A stretch of DNA of 64,000 bases from Spirochaetia bacterium (GTDB lineage Bacteria > Spirochaetota > Spirochaetia > SZUA-6 > Bin103), in NCBI GenBank assembly GCA_965198005.1, contig CBDAOI010000004.1:1344001-1408000 (forward strand). Direction: 5' to 3'. Under the pieces are notes generated by a model, which was not told the DNA's origin, did no database searches, and saw only the letters and a program-made list of their open reading frames with translations. The number at the start of each line of letters is the position of its first letter. The first letter of the stretch is position 1. The translations under genes were made by a program, and so were the position numbers. Shown piece after piece: positions 50,660-59,810 of the stretch.

Positions 50660-50911
50660 CGGTCCACCCCACGGCCGGTCAGGAAGGCAGTCGGCGCAAC
50701 GCCCGCCGCCGGCCCGCAAGGCGATGCAGATGGCACTGGACCTTGAGACATTTAATGATACCTCGACTCGTTTCCTTTGAGCTTTATCGAATTGCTCGCT
50801 GCATACTGGAGTGACATGCCTCCCGTGGGCGGCGCCGGAGCAGCGCGGGCAGCGCGGGGGCCATTGCCCGGTCGTGCGGCGGTGAGTACACTCGGAGCAT
50901 CGAGTTGCGGC

Positions 50912-51538
50912 ATGGCTGACCACGACGGACACCGGGAATCGGCGACGCCGGAGGAGATCTGGAACATCCTGCGCGAGTTAGCGGAGAGCCAGCAGGAGAC
51001 CGACCGCCGCATGCAGGAGACCGACCGCCGCATGCAGGAGACCGACCGCCACATGCAGGAGACCGACCTGCGCTTGCGCCGGCTTGACGAGCTGTTCAAC
51101 GGGCAGTGGGGAAAGCTGATGGAGTCCCTGGTGGAGGGCGACCTCGTGCACCTGCTGAATCAGCGTGGCATCGCAGTGGACCACACGCTAGCCAATCCGA
51201 AGAAGAACTACGGGGAGCGGCGCTGGGAGTTCGACATTCTGGCGGTCAACGGCGAGCAGGTCGTGGTGGTGGAGGTAAAGACCACGCTCAAGGTCGCCGA
51301 CGTCGATTATTTCGTGGAGCGGTTGCAGGAGTTCCCGGAACTGATGCCGGAATACGACGATCGGCGAGCGTACGGGGCGGTGGCCTACCTGAAGGCGGAT
51401 GGATCGGTGACGGTCCATGCCGGGCGGCAGGGACTGTACGTGATCCGGGCCACCGGCAGCAGCGCGAGCATCACCAACCCCGAAGGCTTCACGCCGCGCA
51501 CCTTCGGTCAGCGCAGTCCGGCTCGCAGCGGCGCGTAG
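50912..51538 (+). CDS. Coiled-coil + PD-(D/E)XK protein (DUF3782-like)
   Basis: QETDRRM repeats, WGKLMESLV, EFDILAVN..VVEVK. Confidence 0.8.
   Translation: MADHDGHRESATPEEIWNILRELAESQQETDRRMQETDRRMQETDRHMQETDLRLRRLDELFNGQWGKLMESLVEGDLVHLLNQRGIAVDHTLANPKKNYGERRWEFDILAVNGEQVVVVEVKTTLKVADVDYFVERLQEFPELMPEYDDRRAYGAVAYLKADGSVTVHAGRQGLYVIRATGSSASITNPEGFTPRTFGQRSPARSGA
50993..51068 (+). repeat. 21-bp coding tandem repeat, about 3.6 copies
   Basis: caggagaccgaccgccgcatg. Confidence 0.95.
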
Positions 51539-51639
51539 CCGGTCCCTGGTCAGACACCAGCCATGAATGACGACGAAAATGACACGAACGTAAACTTCCA
51601 CATTACGGTGTCCGCTCTCAGGAAGTCTGAACTTAGTGC

Positions 51640-52494
51640 CTAACCGGGCTTCGCGGCGCCGGCTAGTAGCTCCCCGCGCGCTCGGCTTCCCTCGACCAGG
51701 TCCGACTGGGCGGCCATGCGCACGGTGATGCCGGCATCGACCATCAGGTTGTGGCCGGTGGTGTGGCGGCTCTCGTCGCTGGCCAGGTAGAGGGCCGCGT
51801 AGGCGATGTCTTCGGGGGTGCCGGCGCGGTTGAGCGGCAGCTGCTCGGCAAAGTGCTCGGTGAGCCGTTGGGCGCGCAGCTCGTTCTCCTCGGCGGATTG
51901 AGTGTGGTGGCCGCCCCAGAAGATGGGGGTGACGATCGCACCCGGGGAGATGCAGTTGACGCGAATACCGAACTCCGCCAATTGCGTGGCCCAGACCTTG
52001 GTCATATGGATGACCGCGGCCTTGCTGGCCGAATAGACCGGGCCGGAGCCATCGGTGGTGACCCCGGCGGTGCTGCCGTTGTTGATGATGCTGCCGCCGC
52101 CCTGCTGCTTCATGATCGCGGTGACGTACTTGAGGCCGAGAAAGCAGGAGCCGAGATTGGTCATGATTACGCGGTTGAAGTCGTCGAGCGCCAAATCTTC
52201 GGGACTGACGAAGCCCTGGCCGATGCCGGCGTTGTTGAACAGCACATCCACGCGCCCCCACTTGGCCATGGTGGCATCGACCATGGCCTTTACATCGGCC
52301 TCGACAGAAACGTCGGCACGGACGAACAGGGCACTGTCGCCGAGCCGGTCGGCCAGGGCCTGGCCCAATTCTTCACCGCGGGCGGCGATGACGACACGCG
52401 CCCCTTCGGCCACGAACAGCTCCACCGTGCCGGCGCCCATCCCACTGTTGCCGCCGGTGACGATGGCGACCTTGTCTGCAAGTCTTCCTGGCAC
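51640..52494 (-). CDS. SDR family oxidoreductase
   Basis: TGGNSGMG, NNAG, YSASK; AAGGAGG before GTG 52494. Confidence 0.92.
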   Translation of the reverse strand: MPGRLADKVAIVTGGNSGMGAGTVELFVAEGARVVIAARGEELGQALADRLGDSALFVRADVSVEADVKAMVDATMAKWGRVDVLFNNAGIGQGFVSPEDLALDDFNRVIMTNLGSCFLGLKYVTAIMKQQGGGSIINNGSTAGVTTDGSGPVYSASKAAVIHMTKVWATQLAEFGIRVNCISPGAIVTPIFWGGHHTQSAEENELRAQRLTEHFAEQLPLNRAGTPEDIAYAALYLASDESRHTTGHNLMVDAGITVRMAAQSDLVEGSRARGELLAGAAKPG

Positions 52495-52679
52495 TGTTGC
52501 CTCCTTGTGCGTGCGGGGAATGTAGGTGGTGGCGGCGGGGAAGTCAAAGCGCGAGCGGGCGAGCGCGGCTCGCGCGTGGTCAGAGGCGCCGTGGTGGCCA
52601 CCAAGGGGTGAGGCGCGCAAGTTCAGCCGATCGCAGAGCCGGGCGTGGCAGGGTGCACGAGGCCAGCGAGGCCAGAATC

Positions 52680-53200
52680 GCTGTTGACTTTTCTGAGTCG
52701 CCCGCGGAAGATGGTGATTCGGGTTGATCAGATGCGGATGGAGCGCCATGATGACAGTCAGCGCGGTGGCCGGGTTGGCGGTGACGTTCGGTGACCGCGG
52801 TGACCGCCGCGTCGTTGACAGGCGCGCCGCGCCTATGCTAGCGTGCCTCGCTTGGGTTTCGACGGATGCAGATGAAGCGCCATGATGGTCGGCGCAGTGG
52901 CCGGTTGGCCGTGATGACCTCCGATGGGTTGACAGGGTGGGCCGCGCCCATGCAAGCTTGCCTCGCTTGGGGTCGGGCGGAACGGTGATGACGCGTCATG
53001 ACGACAGTCAGCGCAATGGCCGGTTGGCGGTCACGTTCGGTGACCGCCGCGTCGTTGACAGGTTTCCGGCCGCATGCGACGGTTCACCGCTCGGGGTTGG
53101 ATGGATGAGGATGAAGCGCCGTGACGACAGTCAGCGCAGTGGCCGGTTGGCAGTGACGCAGCCGGTGCATCCCCTCCTGTCCCCCCCCCCCCCCCCCCCC
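52680..53200 (+). repeat. Tandem degenerate 116-134-bp units followed by C20 (array A)
   Basis: Units begin atga(a/c)gcg(c/t)c(a/g)tga.gacagtcagcgc at 52738, 52872, 52988, 53111; TTGACA at 52815, 52929, 53055. Confidence 0.9.
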
Positions 53201-53482
53201 AATTTCGAACCGACAAACAACTAACCGCTCCGGCTGATTGGCGCGTACGCGAAAGCGCGCACGCCGTTACCTTTACCACCGGCTCGGTCCATCGCCGAAC
53301 CGGGATGCAGACCGCCCGTGCCCTTCCCGTCGACTCGGGCCGTCGCGGATCCCCGCCCGCGACCGACTGCCAGCAAAACCCACCGCCGGCGTTGCCGGCC
53401 ATTCAGACTCGCTGCTGCGCCGACCACCGCCCCGCGTGGCGTTGTGACGCAGGGCACCCCGTGCCCCAGGAAGGAGGTGAAG

Positions 53483-53518
53483 ATGATACTGAAAGAACCG
53501 CACGCGCGCGCGGCGTGA
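53483..53518 (+). CDS. Putative leader peptide MILKEPHARAA
   Basis: AAGGAGGTGA SD; conserved at 35941-35976. Confidence 0.55.
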   Translation: MILKEPHARAA

Positions 53519-53577
53519 GCCCGGGTGAACCCGGATGAGTCACACGCTGCGCGCTTTGTGACTCGACTCAGACTGGC

Positions 53578-53636
53578 CGCCTGCGTTGCGGGCGCGAGAG
53601 TAGCCAGGCAGCGACAAGTCGCTACGCAATACTCTC
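53578..53636 (+). promoter_or_regulatory. Conserved hairpin pair upstream of SBP
   Basis: cgcctgc-gtt-gcgggcg; GAGAGTA...TACTCTC enclosing agcga-caag-tcgct. Confidence 0.65.
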
Positions 53637-53664
53637 AATAATTCGACATATTACGGAGATATGG

Positions 53665-55482
53665 ATGAATATTGTAATGATCACCAGGACTTTCGCGGTT
53701 GCGCTGGTCCTGGTCCTGACCGCAACCGGCCTCTGGGCCAGCGGTGCAGACGACAGCGACGAATCGGCAGCAGCCGCTACCGACAGAGAGACGGTGTTCG
53801 ATCCCGCCAGCGGCCTGACGTGGACGGCGCCAGAGTATGGCGGGACACTCAGTTGGGCCCATAAGCAGTTTCCTAAGAGTACTGACCCGCACATCGTTGG
53901 TGGCTGGGGACCTCACTTCATCAGTGGCGTCAATGAGAAGCTAGCCTACGGCGACTGGGCAGTATCCAGGGACAAGGTGGTTGAACTAGCCTGGACTTAT
54001 ACGGGCCCAGAGATGTACCGAGGGGCTCTGGCTGAAAGCTGGGAATTCCCCGACGCCACAACGGTGATCTTCCACATCCGCCAGGGCGTTCATTGGCATG
54101 ACAAGGCGCCGATGAACGGTCGGGAGCTGACTGCCGATGATGTCGTATTCAACTGGCACCGTTATTTGGGTCTGGGCGATTTCGCCGAAGACGGACCTTC
54201 CACGTTAGGTTATATGACGCAAGGTCTAGAGGAAGCATCGGTAACGGCCACCGACAAATGGACGGTCGAGTTCAAGCTGGCGAGGCCCAAACCCGATATC
54301 GAGTTTGCAATGACCCACAACGCAAACTATATACTAGCCCCCGAGGTAATCAAGGAACACGGAGACTATGCGGATTGGCGGAACGTGGTCGGCACCGGGC
54401 CCTATCGACTGACTGACCATGTCGAGGACACCTCGGCAACCTGGGAGAAGAATCCCAACTACTGGGGCTACGACGAAAAATTCCCGGACAACCGCCTGCC
54501 CTATATTGACACGTTAAGGTCCCTCCTTATAGCAGACCTTTCAGCACGTCTGGCGGCAATGCGCACGGGTAAGATTGATATGATAAGCAACACCGGCGAC
54601 GCTCATATATCCGAGATAGAACATATAGAGAGCCTCCAGGCTACCAACCCAGAAATCGAGGCCTGGCCCGTGTATCGCACTCCAATGGGCTCTTATTTGT
54701 ATGACCAGTCTCAGCCGGTGATGCAGGATGTCAATGTGCGCAAGGCACTGCAGATGTCCCAGGACCGAGAGACTATTTCGGCTGCCTTCTTTAAGGGTTG
54801 GGGAGATCCCGCACCTAATGGGTATATAAGTCAAGCTTCTACAGGGTATAGCTGGCCATATGAAGAGTGGCCCGAAGAGGTCAAGCGTGAGTATGAGTAT
54901 GACCCCGAAAGGGCAGAAGCGTTGCTTGATGCGGCTGGATATCCACGCGGCGACGACGGCTATAGATTCACGATCAAGATAGGCCATTTCGGGAGGTACG
55001 AACCGGAGTATACAGAAATCATCATGGGCTACTTCGACGCCATTGGCGTTAACAGCGAGATGGTTGTGGTTATGGACCCTGAGCTGCCACCTATCCTCGA
55101 GGCGGACACGTCCGAGTTCGCGTTGATTAGTTGGGTGACATATCCGCTAGCTGTCCCCGATACGTATGTATATTATATAGATAACCGCGACTATGGTGGT
55201 GTTGACTGGAGCAGGGCGAACGATCCGGAAATGGACGCCCTGCTGGCCGGCATGAGGAATGCTACCGAAGCGGAGGAGTGGCAAAGGTATCACCGACAGC
55301 TCGATGAGAAAACTGTACGGGAGCACTGGGGCCTGGTGAGAGCCAACTCCCCTATATTCGCCGTGAGCCAGCCGTGGGTCGAGGGTTATGCCGGTGAATG
55401 GAGTCTGGGATACTCTGAACGTAATACCCACTTTGCCCGCCTCTGGATTGATAGTGAGCTGAAGGAATCAATGGGTCATTAG
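53665..55482 (+). CDS. ABC substrate-binding protein (family 5)
   Basis: Signal peptide ..LTATGLWASG, PEYGG, LAESWE, MNGRELTADDV, VGTGP, RLPYID. Confidence 0.93.
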   Translation: MNIVMITRTFAVALVLVLTATGLWASGADDSDESAAAATDRETVFDPASGLTWTAPEYGGTLSWAHKQFPKSTDPHIVGGWGPHFISGVNEKLAYGDWAVSRDKVVELAWTYTGPEMYRGALAESWEFPDATTVIFHIRQGVHWHDKAPMNGRELTADDVVFNWHRYLGLGDFAEDGPSTLGYMTQGLEEASVTATDKWTVEFKLARPKPDIEFAMTHNANYILAPEVIKEHGDYADWRNVVGTGPYRLTDHVEDTSATWEKNPNYWGYDEKFPDNRLPYIDTLRSLLIADLSARLAAMRTGKIDMISNTGDAHISEIEHIESLQATNPEIEAWPVYRTPMGSYLYDQSQPVMQDVNVRKALQMSQDRETISAAFFKGWGDPAPNGYISQASTGYSWPYEEWPEEVKREYEYDPERAEALLDAAGYPRGDDGYRFTIKIGHFGRYEPEYTEIIMGYFDAIGVNSEMVVVMDPELPPILEADTSEFALISWVTYPLAVPDTYVYYIDNRDYGGVDWSRANDPEMDALLAGMRNATEAEEWQRYHRQLDEKTVREHWGLVRANSPIFAVSQPWVEGYAGEWSLGYSERNTHFARLWIDSELKESMGH

Positions 55483-55495
55483 GGTTTCACCAAAA

Positions 55496-55528
55496 GGGAG
55501 CTGGGGGGGTTCAAACCTCCTGGCTCCC
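55496..55528 (+). terminator. Intercistronic hairpin after SBP
   Basis: gggagctggggggg-ttcaaa-cctcctggctccc. Confidence 0.6.
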
Positions 55529-55587
55529 GATAACTCCTCGAATAATGAGTGTGGCAATGACGGGGAAGTCGCAATGAGGATTGTCAC

Positions 55588-56598
55588 ATGAGAGCCTACC
55601 TTATCAGGCGGTTATTGCTGATATTCCCCACCCTGTTCATATTGAGCATCGTAGTCTTTCTCTCGGTCCGCTTCATCCCCGGCGATGTAATAGACGTAAT
55701 GGTGGCCCAGATGGGAGGATGGTGGGCCGTGGGTGGCGATATAGACCGCGAAGCTCTTGAGCGCAGGCTGGGATTGGACGTGCCTGTGTACGTACAGTAC
55801 GGACGCTGGATAGGAGTGTTGCCAACCCCTGACTGGATTACCGGTGAGTCCCACTTTAGAGGTCTCCTCCAGGGCACCCTTGGCGAACCACTGATTGGCG
55901 GTTTTTCTACGATAGACGAGATGATAATGAGTAGATTGCCGGTAACCATTGAGCTTGGCGTTATGGCAATCGTAATCGGGCTAGTGATAGCCCTGCCAGT
56001 CGGCATCTACTCGGCGATTCGCCAGGATACGGCCACCGACTACCTAGGCCGCACCGTCGCCGTCATCGGCCTGGCAACGCCAAACTTCTGGCTGGGAGTC
56101 ATGGTCATGCTCTACCCGGCAATCTGGTGGGGCTGGTCGCCGTCGATGGAGTACATCCCTCTTGGCGAAGATCCGCTGGGGAATCTCGGGATGCTCATCA
56201 TTCCTGCTGTGATTCTGGGAACGGGCATGTCTGCAGCCACCATGCGGATGACGCGCACCATGATGCTGGAGGAGCTCAGGCAGGACTACGTCAGGACGGC
56301 ATGGTCCAAGGGTATCAAGGAAAGAGTGATTGTTATCAGACACGTCATCAAGAATGCATTCATCCCGATTCTTACGCTGATAGGCCTGCAGTTCCCCCTC
56401 CTGATAGGTGGCGCCGTCATCATGGAGAACATCTTCAACCTTCCGGGGATAGGTCGTCTGTTTATGGATGCCCTCGAAGGAAGAGACTACCCGGTAGTCT
56501 CCGGAATAAACCTGGTTTTCGCGACCCTAGTTATGCTTAGCATTGTACTTATCGACATGATCTATCCCTATTTGGATCCCAGGATCCGCTACAAGTGA
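55588..56598 (+). CDS. DppB/OppB-type ABC permease
   Basis: MRAYLIRRLL, QDYVRTAWSKG, RDYP, LDPRIRY. Confidence 0.93.
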   Translation: MRAYLIRRLLLIFPTLFILSIVVFLSVRFIPGDVIDVMVAQMGGWWAVGGDIDREALERRLGLDVPVYVQYGRWIGVLPTPDWITGESHFRGLLQGTLGEPLIGGFSTIDEMIMSRLPVTIELGVMAIVIGLVIALPVGIYSAIRQDTATDYLGRTVAVIGLATPNFWLGVMVMLYPAIWWGWSPSMEYIPLGEDPLGNLGMLIIPAVILGTGMSAATMRMTRTMMLEELRQDYVRTAWSKGIKERVIVIRHVIKNAFIPILTLIGLQFPLLIGGAVIMENIFNLPGIGRLFMDALEGRDYPVVSGINLVFATLVMLSIVLIDMIYPYLDPRIRYK

Positions 56599-57566
56599 TG
56601 CCACAGGTACACACCGCTAAAGTGAGTGAGCCCAGGAGAAGTGGCGCGGTGGCTGTTTTCTTTATCAGGCTGTGGCGGGAGAAGCCACTGGGTATGGCCA
56701 GCGGAATTGTCATATTTCTAGTGCTGTTTGTGGCTTTATTCGGGGGTCAATTAGCCCCTTATAGATTTACCGAGATGAACCTGATAGACAGGATGCAGGG
56801 CTCATCAGTCCGGCATCTGATGGGTACCGACCAGATGGGGCGAGACGTTCTCAGCCGCGTTATATTCGGGGCCCGTATTTCGGTACTTGTCGGTCTGGCA
56901 GTGACCACGCTCAGTGTATTGATCAGTACGCTGATAGGCGGCATTTCAGGATTCGTTGGTGGTAGATTCGACATCATAGTGCAGAGAGTTGTCGATGCCT
57001 GGATTTGTTTCCCGGGACTGCTCCTATTGTTAACCCTGATGTCCATTGTGGGAAAGGGTGTGCCACAGATAATACTGGTCCTGGGGATATCAGGAGGCAT
57101 CGGCGGCTCAAGAGTAATCAGAGGCGCCGTTCTTGGCATTAAGGAGAATGTGTATTTTCAGACGGCGGAGGCTATTGGCAGCAGAAAATGGAGATCATTA
57201 GTCCGCCATGTCTTGCCCAACATCATGCCTGCCGTAATCATTTTATTCAGCACCAGCATAGGGGGCGTAATCATATCTTTGGCTTCTCTGAGCTTCCTCG
57301 GATACGGTCTGCCTCCCACGCTTCCTGACTGGGGAGGTCTGCTCAGTAGGGAGGGGCGTAAATACATGGAGCAGGCGCCATGGCTGGCTCTCTGGCCCGG
57401 TCTTTGTCTGACGGTAACCGTTTACAGTCTGAACATGTTCGGCGACGCAGCGCGTGACCTGCTGGACCCGAGGCTGAAGGGCGGCGTGGGGCAGCCCGGT
57501 GCCTATGGCACGAAGTCGGTCAAGAAAGCCAGGAAGAAGCTGGAGGCCAGGGACGAAACGCATTAG
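56595..57566 (+). CDS. DppC/OppC-type ABC permease
   Basis: GTDQMGRD, RHVLPN, GDAARDLLDPR. Confidence 0.93.
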   Translation: MMPQVHTAKVSEPRRSGAVAVFFIRLWREKPLGMASGIVIFLVLFVALFGGQLAPYRFTEMNLIDRMQGSSVRHLMGTDQMGRDVLSRVIFGARISVLVGLAVTTLSVLISTLIGGISGFVGGRFDIIVQRVVDAWICFPGLLLLLTLMSIVGKGVPQIILVLGISGGIGGSRVIRGAVLGIKENVYFQTAEAIGSRKWRSLVRHVLPNIMPAVIILFSTSIGGVIISLASLSFLGYGLPPTLPDWGGLLSREGRKYMEQAPWLALWPGLCLTVTVYSLNMFGDAARDLLDPRLKGGVGQPGAYGTKSVKKARKKLEARDETH

Positions 57567-58146
57567 TCGACTCCTGTGACAGACCGTGCCCGTCTGTTCC
57601 CGGGAGCTCGAAATCCGTCACCCGGACGATCAGGCGGTGCCGGAACTGAGGCACGGTCGCTGCTGACCTCGGCATCAACCGCGTCCTGGTCGCCGTGTTG
57701 GCCGACTGGGAGAGCGGCTGAACGACCTCTACCACCCGCACGACGTGATCTACCGCATCGATCGGGCAACCGGGTCGCCCGTCGTCAGCCACCTGCGCGA
57801 AAGTCGCCGACGTGCACAGGGTCGAAGCAAGCGGCTTCGACGGTCCGGTTGTGATGGCGTTGTTCGAGGCGCCTTCTGCGCCGGGGGGTCCCGGCCAGAG
57901 CGGGCGCAGTAGTGACGGGGCACCGGCTCGAAATCGCAGTCGAAGATGGGCAGGTCCGACTGGACCGAGTGCCGTGATCGGTTGACAATGCCGTATCGTA
58001 CGTTTACCCTCGCAGACGCGGTTCACGTTGTCCGCGATGGGTGCCCATATTGAACCCGAGCACTGGCGCTGTATCCGTCGGAGCATGGAGCAGGCGATCC
58101 GGCTCCACGAGGCGCCCAGTACACGCAGCCATGGGACTGATCAAGT

Positions 58147-58383
58147 ATGGGTGAGCCGGGAAAAAAATCCCAATCGTATCCAGGGTATCGATGGGTCGTC
58201 TCTCATCCCGATTTGCTGGGTGGCAGACCGACCGTGAGAGGGACGCGAATATCCGTTTCGCATGTTTTGGAATGCCTCTCCATCGGGATGACGGCAAAAG
58301 AGATTGCTAACGATTATCCTGGTTTCCCTGCAGAGAGTGTGCCTGAGGTTCTGAGATTCGCTTCAGCCCATGTGGCTGCTTGA
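58147..58383 (+). CDS. DUF433 antitoxin
   Basis: PDLLGGRPTVRGTRISV..EIANDYP. Confidence 0.88.
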   Translation: MGEPGKKSQSYPGYRWVVSHPDLLGGRPTVRGTRISVSHVLECLSIGMTAKEIANDYPGFPAESVPEVLRFASAHVAA

Positions 58384-58610
58384 CCACAATCTACCGAAGC
58401 AATTGGTCGGTTCGCTGAAGTCCCTGGGAATCGACTGTGATACGACCGCACATCGGGGGTGGAACGATGGATCGGTTCCCGCAGATGGCTATCGTATTGA
58501 TTACGATACCTCAGACTAGAGGACACGAATATGCAGCACAATTCGTCAAGCACTGGAGAAGCTCACCAATTTCTCCAGAACCACACGGAATGATTCGTTG
58601 GCCATCGTAG
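58370..58610 (+). pseudogene. DUF5615 PIN-like toxin with internal deletion and frameshift
   Basis: MWLLDHNLP..TTAHRGWN, then FPQMAIVLI..IRWPS* in another frame. Confidence 0.7.
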
Positions 58611-58714
58611 CAAGTCAACGGCGTGGCGGGATGCTCCCCACGCGGGCGATGTACTCTCTTATCTCCGAGATCGGCGTTCGGCACGCCGGTCCTAAACCTA
58701 ACCCTTAACCACGA

Positions 58715-58879
58715 TGTCCTTCGTAGGCCAGGTAGAACGTGTAGCTGTTCTCGTGGGCATGACGGTCGACGAAGCCACGAGAGGCAGTAGTCGCGCTCCA
58801 GGACGGTCTCCGGGATACGCCGGCCTCCCCGCTGGGCGAGTCGGTTGGAAAGAAGCGAGAGATCGCGCTGCGGGATGAT
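58715..58879 (-). pseudogene. AbiEii toxin relic
   Basis: IPQRDLSLLSNRL..IPETVLERDYCLSWL with ATC in place of a start codon; then HENSYTFYLAYEG out of frame. Confidence 0.75.
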
Positions 58880-58882
58880 GGA

Positions 58883-59716
58883 TCAGGTCCTCACGACGGC
58901 GCGGAGCTCTTGGGGATCGACGTTGAGTTGAAGGCGCCAGCGGCGCAGGTGTTTCCCCTCGGCCGGAAGGACCGGGTCGAGGCGGACGTAGGTCGCCGTC
59001 AAGCCGGCACGAACACGGTCCAGATCCGGCGGCGCCGCCATCTCGTAGGTCTCCAGCAGGAACCCCAGACGGCGCACGACGGCGCCGACACCGATCCGCT
59101 TGGCGTACTGGACCAGCCGGTCGACCTTCACGTCTTCGCGCCGCATCCAAAGGCCTTTGGCGACCTCGGTCAGCCCGCCGCAATGCTCGGGCTGCTTGAG
59201 TCCGTCGATAATCGTCCTCTCCAGGTCGCTCACGCGCACTTTCTCTTGCTTGGTGGCCCAGTGGTCAGTGAGCCCGAAGAGGTGCTTGTGCTGGCAGCGA
59301 ACGAACCGGAATTCCACGCCCAGCGCCGTCAGGGATCGCCGGGGCTTCAGGGTGCTGACTATGACTACCAGTTGGGGCTGGGTCGTCATGCCGTGGATCT
59401 CCATGGCGGTGGCGTGCGAGAGGTAGTAGTCCTCCCCGTGCATGATCTCCCGGGCGACGACGAGAGGGTTTCCCAGGTAGTGCCGCTCCCTTCCCAGCTC
59501 GAAGGGGACCAGGACGTACAGACCGGACTTGAGCCGGGCCGCCACACCCCGATCCACGAGCTTGCGGGCGAAGCTCCTCGCGGAGGTTGCGGAGAGACCC
59601 GTGATGTCCCGGACATCCTCCAGGCGGAAAACAGCACGGCTCCGTTCGTGGAGCGCCGTCAACAACTTCGCCGCCTGGGGCCCCAGGGTCTTGAGCGGTG
59701 TACTGTTCATGAGCAT
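58883..59716 (-). CDS. Type IV TA antitoxin AbiEi
   Basis: RLKSGLY, YYLSHATAMEIHG, VSDLERTIID, RRLGFLLE. Confidence 0.88.
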   Translation of the reverse strand: MLMNSTPLKTLGPQAAKLLTALHERSRAVFRLEDVRDITGLSATSARSFARKLVDRGVAARLKSGLYVLVPFELGRERHYLGNPLVVAREIMHGEDYYLSHATAMEIHGMTTQPQLVVIVSTLKPRRSLTALGVEFRFVRCQHKHLFGLTDHWATKQEKVRVSDLERTIIDGLKQPEHCGGLTEVAKGLWMRREDVKVDRLVQYAKRIGVGAVVRRLGFLLETYEMAAPPDLDRVRAGLTATYVRLDPVLPAEGKHLRRWRLQLNVDPQELRAVVRT

Positions 59717-59719
59717 TTC

Positions 59720-59810
59720 GTGCCCTTCAAGGACACATTCTAAGTCAAGGATAGAACTCCGTAAAGTGGAAACTATCTTCTGGCTTTCGTTCGTGCCCCT
59801 TGAAGGCACG
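59720..59810. promoter_or_regulatory. Two related inverted repeats upstream of abiEi (candidate operators)
   Basis: gtgccctt-c-aaggacac (59720-59736) and cgtgcc-ccttgaa-ggcacg (59792-59810). Confidence 0.5.

Noticed and set aside
27905-50714. Integrase-mediated genomic island or prophage at argS
   Set aside because: The duplicate lies upstream of the gene, and no tyrosine/serine integrase or phage genes are visible
52680-53180. CRISPR array (also 60460-60864)
   Set aside because: Units are degenerate, 116-139 bp long, the intervening parts are homologous to each other, and there are no cas genes
57570-58140. Coding remnants after dppC (also 59830-60320)
   Set aside because: Short, stop-interrupted frames without recognisable motifs
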